From assembly GCA_037379345.1 (NCBI GenBank), contig CM074519.1, positions 11,800,699 through 11,864,698 of the forward strand: DNA of 64,000 bases, in the 5' to 3' direction. The notes beneath the pieces were generated by a model. That model ran no database searches. It saw only the letters and a program-made list of their open reading frames with translations, and was not told the origin of the DNA. Positions within the stretch are counted from its first letter, which is position 1, and every line of letters starts with the position of its first letter. Made by a program: the position numbers and the translations under genes. This document shows, one piece after another, positions 1 to 13,786 of this stretch. Origin of the DNA: Perna viridis (lineage: Eukaryota).

Positions 1-2376
1 CTAATTAAATTATTCAGTTGTCAATTTAAAATAGAGATACACATAGGGTACATATAGAAGATTCTCATAAACTAAGGCCAGCATAAAAGTCTTTCTCATT
101 TATTAATACTGATCAGACAAACTTAGGTGTTCTGTGAGCATGAGAAAAAAATGTACTGTTAACCAAAATAATAGTATACTGTGCTTAAAGCCCTTCAAAA
201 AACTTTGGCATTTAGGTCTATTGACATTTCCTAGGTATAATTTACTATAAACTTGTTGAAGGACACATACAAATTAATCAGTTTTCAAATAGAATTTTCT
301 TTCAAGATGAATTTATTGGTTAACAGGCTACTTAGAGAATTTGTACTGCAGTATTTATAAAAGAAACCTTAGTTAAGTGCATTGCAGCTCCTTGTGCAGT
401 GACTGACGTAAAATCTATACACCATGCTTAAAATATCCTAGATCAGAATAAACCATTTTATCGTAAAACTGTTTATTTCCAGCAGGGAGATCAGCAAGAA
501 ATTTCATTTCTAGAGAAATATTATTCTATGGGCATCATCTATAAGTAATCATTCTTTCATCAATTTGTGCAGTACAACATGGGAAAGCTATCTTCTAAGA
601 GAGATAGTCATTAATTCAAGTCTAACATTATCTTTATGGAACTACTATCAAAGATTTCATTGCACAAAGATATTTTTCTTGCCAAAAGGACCAAAAATAA
701 GTTTTTGTGATCATTATTTAAGCTCTTTCATCAGAATGGTATCCATGGTCATATAAAACCATGTTCGCAGCAAGCTCATGGTGCCATTAATTGCTGCAAC
801 AGGTGAGGCGAGAATGGAACTCTCCAGTCAAAGGAGATTAAAAACAACACACAGCAGGTGCTTGCTTGCTTCATTTCAAAATGGCAGATAAAATCAGCAA
901 CTTCTGAAGTAAAAAACTCCCTAAGTACTGACTTTTAATAACTATGAGGTACATCTTATCAAAATATATTTATCTTTAAGGAACATGGAACAATTTTTGG
1001 AGGCAGAAGTTTCCATTCCAAGTTATCACTTAGGGGTAAGCTCAGAAAAACCTTATTAGAATTAGGTGAGAAATCTTATAACATTGAAACCCTAACTCTA
1101 GACAAGACAGGTGCATTTCAATCTTAAAGATAATCAAACAACTTATTGTAGCTAATGCCATCTTCCATCTGAAGAAGCCAACACTTTTCTCTAAAGGATG
1201 TGATAAATACTAGGTGACACATGGAAACTATTCTACTTAGGCTACTCTAAAACTATTATACTTTATTTAAAATTTCTATCTACTGCTTTTACAAACCTTT
1301 AATATTCCAGAAGAGAATGAAATGATACAACTTGGCCTCAGATTTAAGACCTGAATTTAAACAATTTTCTTGATTTCAAGTTTATTTTTGGCATGTTTAA
1401 ATTTCACTATTTTGCCTTGAGCTCATGATGATGTTTTATTTCCGTATTTTGTATCGTGTCATATCATATTATATCGTGCTGTTGTTATCACTGAACTTTA
1501 ACATCCTTGATAAGCTCTTGAAATAATTAGATTTGATTTGCCGAAGCAGCTCTATAGTGCAGTTCCAAACCATGCAATTGAGTCCAATCGAAACTGTACA
1601 AGACTGCTGACGTAACTAGTCATGACACCCCATTGGAATCAATATGAGTAAACAAGTGCTTTCCATTTCCAAGCAATTATAGATGTAAAAACACAACAGA
1701 TACAAGTGTTTGAAGAAGAATGAATAAATCCCAACAAACAATAACGAGACTGCGTCACTGTAGATTTGAACACATCAACGATTGTCAATATCTTGACTAA
1801 AGTGGTTGCAATTAACACTTTTAAACATCAACCATTGTAAAGAAATTTCTTTGGCATGCGAATGCTAAAATCCATTATCCCTTTAGCAATGAAGGGAAGT
1901 GAAAACATTAAATACACTTTTGATATCCTATACATAGAAACTCCATTGAAAGAAATCTTCTGACTGAATTCCTGCCGATTAATTGATTCATAATAGAAAG
2001 GGTCTTGGTCCAACTGTTAAAAAATGGAGCCAAAAATACTCTAGCACCTACATGTAACATCTAAGAGCCAAGATACAAGACCTACTAAGGACTACTGAAG
2101 TTCTAAATGGTTGACTATGCTATAACTAAGAGATTACCAAAGACCTAAACAAAGAAGCAAACAGAGAGCTAGCCAACACCAGACAGACTAAGTAAACTAA
2201 TAAAATTCAAGTATATACATGTGTACATTTTCTACATCACTAATACATGCAATCCCATTACCATGTGTAGATAAACCCTAACTACATGTTGAGAATCACA
2301 CAGACTAAATTGTTAGAAACTTTTCAGCACAAAAATAACCTCACATCTCCACTGCTTGAGTCATTCCTACACTTAC

Positions 2377-2453
2377 ACTCAAGAATAAACATTTTGTGTA
2401 CATTTTCAAAATAACTGGTTAGTAATCGCTACCATTGGTAACTGTTAATTAAC
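2377..2453 (-). other. Candidate 77-nt poison (stop-containing) cassette exon in intron 7
   Basis: Acceptor cattgtctgcag| preceded by a 66-nt AG-free zone; donor GAGT|GTAAGT. After exon 7 it reads G|GT TAA (immediate stop). UAG-rich sequence follows directly. Confidence 0.4.
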
Positions 2454-3943
2454 CTGCAGACAATGATGCAGATGTTTTCAAAAAGCGAAACATGATCGTT
2501 TGCCAATCAGATATTCAAAAACTTTCAACCGAATAATTAACAAGTACATTTTACTATCAACAAGTGCAGAAACACACAGCTTATGGTGTCTGCGGGATGC
2601 CTCGGGTCATCCAAGGATGCCGTGATGTTTATTTGCATTTTGGCGCAACTAATAGCAATTTGGTTTTTCTTTCTGGCAGTGCAAATGAGCACGGGTGTTT
2701 AAAAGATTATTAGTACTAAGAACAGACGGCAAAATGTTCTGTTTTTCTTCATTTCAGAACCAAAGGCAGCTGTTTTGTCAGCTTAAGCTCTTCAAGAAAC
2801 GACCAACTTATCAAAGTCCATATGGAAAAAGCACATGTCAGATCGGAATTTGAGGGCTTGCCAACCAATCGAACCGTGCTATCAATCCGATGAAAACAGA
2901 AAACATTTGATATTCGACTTTTTCATTTGTTTTGCTTGTGGTTTCCCTAATAATTGTTGCTACTTCTATCGATATCAAGTGATTATCTGAGAGTATGTTT
3001 TGAAAATTTGGCTCCTAACAAATCCCCTGCCAACCTCAAGCAAAAACAGATTACTTTAGCATGGCTGTTTCAACATCTAAAAAAATCATTACTATGCTAT
3101 TCTGAAAATGAACTTAAATGCCAATTTCAGATATCAGTATAAAAAACCCCAAAGTATGCTATCATTTTCTTCTAAAATTAGAGTCATATAGTGCTTTTTT
3201 GTGAGTTTCTGGTTCTCTAAGCCAATTTGACCTATTTCAATTCATTATACATTACAAGGTCATTTTTGGCATACACACATCTTCTGTAATCAATCATATT
3301 TTAAACATTACAATCTTCAAAATCTGGAGCAGAAGGTAAAAATATTTCAATTTTCTGTTAAAACTTGTCAAAATTTAACAAGATGAAACTTAATATATAC
3401 CAAGTAAGAAATCAAGTTGACTAACCTTGAGAAAGTTAAATTCTTACAGACAATGGAAAATTTAATTCCAATAACATGATAAGTTTCAACATTTTTTTTA
3501 TGAAAACAGGTTTTGGTACATGTCAACAAGATTAAAAGAAGATAAAAATCAAAACATTTCAAAACCAGAAAAATCAAGATATTGGCATAGCTTCAGTCTA
3601 TATTTGTTTTTTCGAAAGTGACTAAGTATGCATTATATAACATTTCACGTCACACAGTATGTAAACATCAAATTTGGAGGCGAAAGTATTTTGGATAATG
3701 CAGCAGACCTTTTATGACTAACACCAAATTCAGGAGATCAAACTTTTGAAGCAAGTAGCTCCATTTTGATTGAAGAATATCACTTAAAAATTTTGAAAAT
3801 CTTTTTTGCAGAAGGCTTCTTCAAATTTCTTATAAACACTTTGTTGCAACTACAAAAAATGGAGCTGACTTGTAATATTACAAGGAATCACGGGACATTC
3901 TGAACCCCACAATTCCTTTGTTAGCTGTCGTCTGCAGCCTTAC

Positions 3944-3992
3944 CTCGATGTCTCATTGTCTGTTTATCAAACATAAGCATAGCATCTTCAAT
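3944..3992 (-). CDS. msi: Musashi exon 7 (IEDAMLMFDKQTMRHR-G), 49 nt, phase-1 end; gene continues beyond window start
   Basis: Acceptor: long T tract ending ttacag|; donor GAG|gtaagg. Matches Musashi VEDAMLMFDKTTNRHRG. I could not find the expected next exon (GFGFVTFE...) in 1-3943. Confidence 0.97.
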
Positions 3993-6900
3993 CTGTAAAA
4001 AAAAAGAAAGAAAAATATGAAATGATGCAGTTGGGAACATTATTCAGAACATTTTCACTGAAAGTACAAATATACATCTATGCAGAGCTAGAAGAATGGT
4101 GAAATACTAAACTAATGCTCAACTTCAAAATTCACTTCATTTATAATCTTTACTCTGTACTAAATAAACTGGTCTTTTCTTCTCTTAATTCCATCAAAAT
4201 TTACTGGTGCCAGTTGTACTATTCTTTTATCAAATGCAATTACACAAGTTTTCAGGTCGTCACCCTTTATCGTGAAAGACAAACAACCACACAACTGATT
4301 TGAGAACTTCCATGCAAAAAAACTTGATTGAGTACCTCTTATTGAACAATTTGCAAATATTAAATGCTAATATCTCTCATTCTTTTTCAAACAGCTGAAA
4401 CTAATTATTTCTAAAGATATCGACCCAAAAATATATTGAAATCAACTTTGAGAGATTCTAGTGGTGTATTTTGTGCCAACCCTCAACATACAACTCAATT
4501 TAGTTGAATGTATACTTTTAATTGAATTATATAACTGCAAAAATAGTGCTGGCAAATGTTTGCTCATAGTTGATTTTTCCATCACAAATTCAAGTATTTC
4601 ATTGATGGAGATGAACTCAAACTCTGGTACTTTTAGAAACTAATTATTCGACATAATAGTTAAATTATGTGTTTTAAATTACTCACATGGAAATAAATGG
4701 TTGAACCAAAAAAGAAAAGCTAAAAACTACAAGTGAACACAAAAGAACATTGTCAGGTGTTTATGTGCAAATGAACACTATAAAATAACCAAAAATGGGA
4801 CATACATGTACAATAACAACACAAACAATTTCCAGTACAATAGAGTCAGTTAAATATGAACCACTATCACTGCCTATATTTGAATACTGAGTTTTCCCAA
4901 AAAATACTTAAATTTTTTACTAATGGCACAAAAACAACATTGCAAGCCAATTTGTTTGCTTTCGCGGCGAAATAGAATTTTCAAAAACTGTTAAAGACTG
5001 TGAAACAATTGCAGAAGTCAAATGATTCTAATACACCGGTATACCAATGTGATAACCTAATTTTTATGGAAGTGAAATATACTCAACCTACACTCTTTAT
5101 TCTCTCCATATAAAATCTACTTCACCAAAAGGATCTAAGGATGAAATCCCCACTTCCCATTATTAGTTTTGTGCAAACATTTGCCTCCCCCTCAAGAAAA
5201 AATAAGTAATATACTCAAACAACCCTCCCCCCTTTTTGAAATTCCCTGGATCAGAGTGTCTCCTTTTTAAATTAATTTCAGATAACAGTCCCTGTCAACT
5301 CCGCCTATACCGTAAAAAAACTTCAGGTTATCATAACACATTATGAAAATAAAGCATTAAAGGACAGAACAACAATTCATCTATATCAACATTTCTAAAA
5401 CATAGGGTACACAAGACTTTCTCCTAATTGTGGATCAGTATTCCTCCATACATTGAACCATATATGTCTTATAAACTGAAATCCTCAGAAGTAACTAAAA
5501 AACAACAATTAAATCAATACTCTATGGAGCTGCTATTAATAACATTACTCTAGCAATAAACATGGAGTTTATTTGAATATATTTTTTCTTCCTCTAAAGG
5601 GAAAACCAATGACCTTTACTTAATGTGGGATTCATTAGGCTCTGGATCTTTTGAAATTTGATGTGATGTTGTCCACAATCAATGGAAATTTATTTAGAGA
5701 CCTCTGGTTGATTGATTTGATCTCAATCCAGTTCTAGGAAATAGAATCGAGATCAAACAACTCGGTAATTCAGTTAGGTCTAGTTTAGCTCCGTGGCGGA
5801 GACAACTGGTTGAAAGGCAATGGCTACTTCTTATTGTGATCTATATCAGTTACTTGTCTTCGACAGACATAAGATCAAAACTTCAGAAATAATTATTAAC
5901 AACAAAACCAGATGAATGGTTAATAAAACTACATTCAAATCATATACTGGTATCAGGAAATTTCAGCACAAACCTTCCTGAATTTTCAAAATCATGCAAA
6001 ATGACATGGAGGAGGACCATATATACCCTACCTAAAATAATGTATTGTGCAGAATTTCCTTTAGTTATTTGATGTCAATTCTTATATTGACACTGGATAA
6101 TTATTTCTTTTACTGATGTCATATTCAATCTTGTTACATAAAGCAATACACTAATGTATGGATTTCAAAAATACAGAAGAAAAAGGCATTTTTAGAAGAA
6201 TAGTTGCAAAATTATTAGTCCATAAATAATACAATGAATTATCATATAGGTAAATTGGTACAAAGAATTATCTTTTAGTATATTCTGTTCTTCTCATACC
6301 AAAACAACTATACAACTTTTCCCATTATTCTGAAATCACTTTAACAATGTATGCAAAATTAATTTGTTGCAAAAAGCAATTAAAATTTTTTTCATACATT
6401 GGATTTTCCAAAGCTCAATTTAAAATTGAAAGGCATGATTATCGACTTAACCTGAATGCATAATATTTATTCACAGTAGTTAACTATGCTGCCATACTGA
6501 AAAACCGATTAATTTCCTAATCACAGGGAATTATTATCTGCTATAATTATATTATGCACCTTATACTACCCCTTGAACCAAAAAGAAATCACCCTCATTA
6601 ATTGCATCAAGAAAAACTTGAGAAACAGGAAAAAGCAAGCAAGACCTCAGGAACTCATTACAAAGCCAGACATTCTACAAGGAGCATCTGATTACGGCCA
6701 CTATTAAAGGAAGTCAGCTGTAAAATTAAAAGATTTGGCGAAACAGAATCCCCACTCCCTGGCAATCATCACTAACCAAATCTAATTATATTACATTTAA
6801 TCATGGTATTTGGCAATTTTTACCTTTCTGTTTCTAAACATTTAAGAAAATACGGGGGAGGGTTTTAGCTACAGCAAACATAGAACCTGTCAAACCATAA

Positions 6901-9900
6901 ACCCTCAAAGCAGACATCTACCTGAAATGCAAACAAATCTGAAGCTGCTAAATGGGCCCAGAGAAAACTTCAGAAAATTAGTGTACATCGTGAAATCAAC
7001 CAGAAAACAGCATTTGGACAAATTTACAAGGGCGGTTCCAGATTTTTAAACTACTTCATTCAGAAGTTGATTAATTTTTTAATATACTAGATAACTGTTC
7101 ACTTTGCAGAGGTGTCGCTTTACTTCATAAGCCTACTTATCTACATTACCTTATCAAGCAAACAAGCAATAGTTCATTCAATCATGAAATTAATGACATC
7201 AAAACAACACGCTTATGTGAAATGAAATTGTACTTTTCTCATGTACATAAATAATTCAAGATGTAAATTGAAACGAACAAGTTTTTAACCATGTAAATAT
7301 GTCATCCACTTCCCGTCCAATGTCTGCAAATTACAAATATCGAATGTAATTTGAATACACATTATTATCTAGTGACAAGGTATTTTACGCCTTAAGGATA
7401 GCTAAAAATGTAATTAAAACAATAATTATAGAATTAAATCTTTTTTTCATACAAAACAAAGCATTTTTTTCTTTGGAAAAATAGTCATGCATTGACTCGA
7501 GGTCTTTTTTTAAGCTATTAGCATTCAAGGGTCATATACAATGCAAGGATTGGAATGACGCACAATGTCTGTTGGTGCAAATTACATACTAAAGCACCAA
7601 GTAGTTTTAAGAAATTGACTTTAGAAAAATTGTAAACTAACCCCAAAAACAAAAACAAAAACTCATCAGATTGTATGCAAATTCAAGGATCCATATTTAC
7701 ATGATACAAAAGGTCATATTCAGTTGCTATTCTGTCAATCAGAAGGGTAACAAAAGCCCCTTCCATAGACTTGGCAGCCAAGAAGAATAGTCACCTGTTA
7801 AACTGTAACTATCGTTGAAATCTCTTAACAGGGAGAACGCAACAATAGCGTCATGTTCTGCCACCCACAATAGAATCAAAGTTTAAAATCCGATTATTCA
7901 CAACGTTTAATGTCGAATAACAAAGGCATGCCCCGTCAAACAGAAGTCAAAAGCGTATTCTTCCCGCCTTTCAACGCCAATATGCATAAAAATATCATAA
8001 CATAATGGTTAAGATAGTGTGTATTAATAATTGTATACTGTGATATAAACCTGATGATTGTCACAATGAAGCATCCCATGCTTAACAACCATGGAAGTTA
8101 CTGGTATTATCTAATAGGATATTATTATTTTCAACAAGATGCTTTAGACAATATGCGATCCTACCATTTCAGAACATTGTGAATTGTACTGCAGCATTCA
8201 TGGTAACACAAAGAACTTTTTCTCTTGATAACTTTAGATAAATGAACAAAAACAGTTACAATAATAATAATAATTAAGCTTTTGGATTTCTCATTTAAAA
8301 AAATTTTTTTTTTTTTTTTGATCAGTGAAGACTGCATTTCTTGTTTTACTCATGCTACAAATACTCGCTAACACTGGCATTTGAACCAAATATATTTCTA
8401 CAATATATATATATCGATGTAACAGCGGTACCAGTTTGAGGCCCGTGGAGGGAACGACAAACATTTGCTTCGCAAATTTGACAGTTCTAACATCGTTGGG
8501 AATTTTTCAGACCCTTCTATAAGTTTACGTTATCTTCCCTGTATCAATTTGATCTGATGGAGCAGTGTAGTGAATAGAGTCATCACATTCATAGACGTTC
8601 AGAAATTTATGGAAGACTACACCAAAGATAAATATGAAACTTTTCAACATGAACCTCCAAAATGGTCAATTTAAATCAAGATTTAACCACAAACAAATTG
8701 TAAATCTCAAACAAATATCCAGGGTGTTACAAACAAGCAATAATTTCATACTCTGAAGTGAAAGTAATTCTGAAAGTTTACATGCATTTAAATTAACCAT
8801 AATGTGTCTTAAGTGGTCAATCATTTGGTATGTAAAGGTCAAATATCTGCTAATGACATCCTTGGGACATTTTATCTCTATCCATGATGCTGTAAATTTA
8901 GACTACAGTCATACCATAGAAAACAAAATGAATCAATGTTACTTGAAAAAAAAGAGTTTTCCATAGATTTTACATAATATACTACAGAATATGACTTCAA
9001 CAAGTAAAATATATATATATATAAATAATAAATATGGCAAATAAAATAGGGGTGATGGGCGAATTCTAACCCAATATTTTCAGAAATGTACTGTTAGACC
9101 ATTTTAATGTATGAATGACATAAAACAAGGCAAAATTGTAGGAAATACAACTATCAGGGATGATTTTATGAGGCCTTCAAACAAAAAAATAACTGGCAAA
9201 ATTAGAAGTAAATATACAGTAAAAAAGAGAGTCGTAAAAGTAAAATCTGGATTTGAAATAGTGAAACTCCGCTAAAAAGTGGAAATAATTCATCCCTGAA
9301 CAATATATTACTTATTGTAGGTGAGATGTTGACAACACTCACTTTGACCTAAGTATTGAACAGGAAATGTGCATGCTTCAGGGTTAATGCTCTAAACATA
9401 AGGTTCAATTGCACCATAATATCCCAATTTTTCAGAACACTTAGGGAAAACATTATAGTAGGTGTTGTCATTTAAAAATGCCAAAATTACTGCCTTGCCA
9501 AGCTGACCTCTAACAGTAACAATTTACAGTAATTTTCTTCATGGTTAATGAAAGGTTTGGAACAACCGAAGTGCAGACTATGCAAGAAAACACTTTCATG
9601 ATGCAACTACAATAGCAAAATAGCGTTGTAACAACTACATGTACTAATTTAAAGGCAAAAAAATGTTCAAATAGGCGAAAATATCCATCTCTTGTTGACA
9701 TTAAGGCAAAAGATAGCAATTAATTATTGACTTTCCTTGTTCTCTACATTACTTGTTAGATAAAACAAAATATAGGTTTCTACACAGAACCCTGCTCAGC
9801 GGTTCCACTACTTTCAGACGTTAATGTGAAAGATCTGTTTTTGTGATTGCCAATTGACAGTCTTCAGCTGAGCCATTCAATTTAAATTGAATAATAATTC

Positions 9901-11599
9901 CATTAGATCGAAAATTGAACTTATAAAAAGGAAATATTTCTCTCAGTATCAAAACTACCAAAGCATCAAAATTCCTGATATGTATCTAAATTCACCAGTT
10001 AAGTGAAAATTCTTAAGCTTTAACAAAAAAAAAAAATTTCAAAACACTGTAATACAAACATGTTTACATGTAATAATATGGAAGAAAAACACAAAATACC
10101 AAGAAAATATCCCAATCTGCTGCACTGTTTAATTTATTGGATCACTGGATTTGTAAAATTGTATGACTTCATCTTTATAAGGATTCCTATAGTATTTTCC
10201 CCCTGTAATATTCACATTGAATATAGAAAATTGATAAGAACTACATGACCTGATAACTCTTAGCAAAAAAAAATAATTAATTCCACAAATAAAGGTTGAA
10301 AAAGCAATGATACCATGACCAAATGTAACAGCCGTACCAATAAATAAACAGCACAAGCGGAAGAAGACCTTCCATCAAATCATGATATAGATCAGTAAAG
10401 TTATTTAGGTGCACTTTTCACAATTCTTGACAATTCCATTCATGTTAATTTTCTAATCTTAAATTGGATCTTTTCATATATAAATGTGTTCCTTTCTTTC
10501 CAAAAATGACTTTTTTTTATTTTCTGACCTTTCCCTGAATAAAGCAGTTTTCATGTTCAAGATAAATTACAATCCATTACAAATACTTTATTCAAATTCT
10601 TGCTTTAAATGGGTAATGCAAAAGGATGTTTTTGAATTTTAATCTATAAAATGATTAAAATGACCCAAAAGCCCTTGTGTAGATTATCAAACTTCCATTA
10701 TCTGCCAGAAATGCTTTAATTAACCAGAGAAACTATTTAAAAAATAATCTCTAAATCAAGGTTATTAAAAAATAAGATAAAAGAGAAGTCTTGAAGAATC
10801 AATGATATAATGCCAGAAGAAGAACTAATGGAAGCTGATGACATTTTGGAAAATTGTGAAGCCTGAAAATCTAGTTCTCCTAACTCCCACCAAGTTCTTA
10901 TTACATCCTGGAGGAATGCTTCATAATTAAATGAAACATACTCTAAATTCTTCCTATCACTTTGTCAAATGCAATATAAACTTTAATCAATCATTATTGT
11001 AGATGAGTGCCTGATTTTGTATGTATAATACCACAAATTTAATCTAACACATCAAGAAATTCGGAGGGAAACATTTCCTGTGCCATTCCATTCATTTATT
11101 TTTTCTCACCATTAACATATGATAACCAATTCTCCCAATTTATCATAAACTTATTAACGATTTCCTTTCGCTTGACAGCACCACCACAAGTCTTTCAGAT
11201 TGATATAAATAAATGAAACGTCCATTGATCGGGACACAGTTATAGATGAGGATAAATCTCGGCACAAATATTCAAATCGATACAATCAGGGAAGCTATAA
11301 CATACATACCATCAGTAAGGAACACAGGGCCAATTTTTCAATGTGTCAAATAAAGAAATTTCATTACATGCTTATCTCTGGCTACAGCCAAAATGTTCTA
11401 ATCAAAACAAAAGCAAAAATCAATAGTAACTGCAGCCTAACTTACAGACATATATTGGAAACAATTTATACAGATTGGTGTAGATATTGACATCAGAAAT
11501 TAGAAAGAATCAAGGTGAACATATACATGGAAAAGCTAAGAGATCATTTTTAGAACGAGAAACAGGATTTTCATAATCAGAAGACAAAGGTTAGAGAAG

Positions 11600-11745
11600 A
11601 CAAACAGACAAAATAAAAAAAAAGATAACACAAAGCACCTAAAAGTAAACATACAAAAAACAAATGAATAATAGGGCAACCAAGACTCCCCTAAAAACTG
11701 GACCACGGGCACTGTTACAGCAAATTTCCTTCCCTTTTCTAGAAA
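11600..11745 (-). mobile_element. Old, degenerate copy of the same retroelement family (boundaries approximate)
   Basis: GGCAACCAAGACTCCCCTAAAAACTGG and CTTTTCTAGAAA match the family motifs in the same order. Confidence 0.5.
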
Positions 11746-13623
11746 TTGTTCATATGAAGCCAATTCCCAGTCAAAATAAAATAAACAGATTGAATTTCTT
11801 AAGTTTTATTTTGGTATTTGGTTGCTGAAATTAATAAGATTATAGAGGTTAATTGACTTCCCTTTCTTACTCCATATATGATGAATCTAAGAATGATTTG
11901 TAGGCTGAAATCTTAATCACATTAGGGAGATAAATAAAGCTCTCTCTCATAAAAACTAACACTAACAATGAATCTTAAGATACTAAAATATCAAACAGAT
12001 CACATTAAATTCATCATCTTTGTTTGGCTTCAATTCACTAGGAAACCCCTTATAAAACCACAAAACAGAATACAAAGCATCCAGCAGTCAACAACAAAAA
12101 ATGGCAGCATCCAGCAGACGGACAGAATAAAAATTGGCAGAATGAAAATCAAAGAAATGCCATAAGAGACAATTTAATTATAAACCTGCCAATTCTAACC
12201 CAGTTTAGGTCAAAATCCATCCAAATGATTGACCTTATGACCTTAAGTGAGAAAACTATTCAACTAAATAGACATCATTGCCATTATTATCCTTAAAAGC
12301 CAACTGCAATTTCTGGATTTGTCATGACACTACACAATCATAGAAGATTAGAGACGTGCATGTTCTGTTGGTAGTCATTTCTTTACAAGCTTGTAAAACC
12401 AAATTGGTTGGTCCAATGGGAAAATAAAAACTAGAGAGTTTTGCACTATATTCTATTCCAGAGTACTGATTTATGGCTATGTTGGGGAAGAGGCAGTGTT
12501 TACTTTTAAAAAGCAAATCTCAGACATGGTTTGGTCCATTTCTGACTAATGTTTACAGGAAGCCTTCTAATATATGTCGGATTAATGGGTGAGGCTCTAC
12601 TTCTTACATAGACCACCATGGACTTTCTCAATGATTTAAACATATTGATTATTGGTCAAGTTAAAGGAGAATATGTTGCATCATATATCACTTAGGGTAA
12701 CACATTTTAAAAAGTTTACCCAACCTTCCTTCGAGAGTTTCCACTGAGAAGAAAATCTTCATAAACATCTCTTCTTATCATCTTCAAAAGACCTTAACTA
12801 AGTCTACAAATAAAATCTGTCACACTGAGTTTGTTTCTGTCCATTATTTCTCAATAAATTTCTCCTTGAAATCGCTGTCACAAAACACAACATGTTGCAA
12901 AACACAAGTTTACAAGGATTCTGTCCACATCAATACGTAAACACATATCACTACACAAATCTGTATTATCTCAAATCTCTTGTCTGTTCTTTATTGACAA
13001 TGAATAAATCACTAGAATCTAAAAGGTACTAAGTAAATTATACCATCACAAGCTGTTGTTAGACTGGATCGACAGGGGCAAAAATACACCACATTATAAC
13101 GTTACACCAAGGTTTTTATGTGAAAGGAATGGGATCAACTTCTTTTGAAAATTTAATTTTTCAATTAAATGTTTAAAGGAAAGTTGACACTGGGTTAAAT
13201 GCAGATCAATTTCCAACAAGATGCTGCAACCAAACGACTCTTGACAGATTTTCAAAACAAAAGGATTCATTCATGATGACATAGCAAGGATGTTTATAAT
13301 GATTTTATCTACAAATATATCTGTCTAAATAGTCTTTTTAAAGGATTTCTTTTTAATGATATTTTAATCCAAAAAGACCATTCCCATCTTTTTAATTTGA
13401 TTATTATTCTCAAAAGCTGAAATATTATGAATTGGCCAGATGCCTCAATACTCTATCTGCATATGAATATCTTGTTGTGACCAAGATTTCAAGTTGATCA
13501 CTATCCAAACCTTACAATTCGATAAAACTGAACTTAGTTGTCTTCCCCATAAGTCTGATAAATGAACTGACTTTTAGACCAACTAAGAAAGCATCTATAA
13601 CAGCAGAACACTATTTAACCAAA

Positions 13624-13786
13624 TGGTACTATTAGTATGCTCAGCAGGTGGTACTCATTGGTACTATTAGTATGCTCAGCAGGTGGTACTCATTGGTACT
13701 ATTAGTATGCTCAGCAGGTGGTACTCATTGGTACTATTAGTATGCTCAGCAGGTAGTACTCATTGGTACTATTAGTATGCTCAGCA
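13624..13786. repeat. Minisatellite, 35-bp unit x ~4.7
   Basis: TGGTACTATTAGTATGCTCAGCAGGTGGTACTCAT starting at 13624, 13659, 13694, 13729 (one G>A) and 13764 (partial). Confidence 0.95.

Noticed and set aside
1-3943. Musashi exon 8 (GFGFVTFE...CEIHFH)
   Set aside because: Not found by eye on the minus strand; presumed to lie beyond the window.
13624-13786. CRISPR-like array
   Set aside because: Units are contiguous and identical with no unique spacers; eukaryotic intron with no cas genes.
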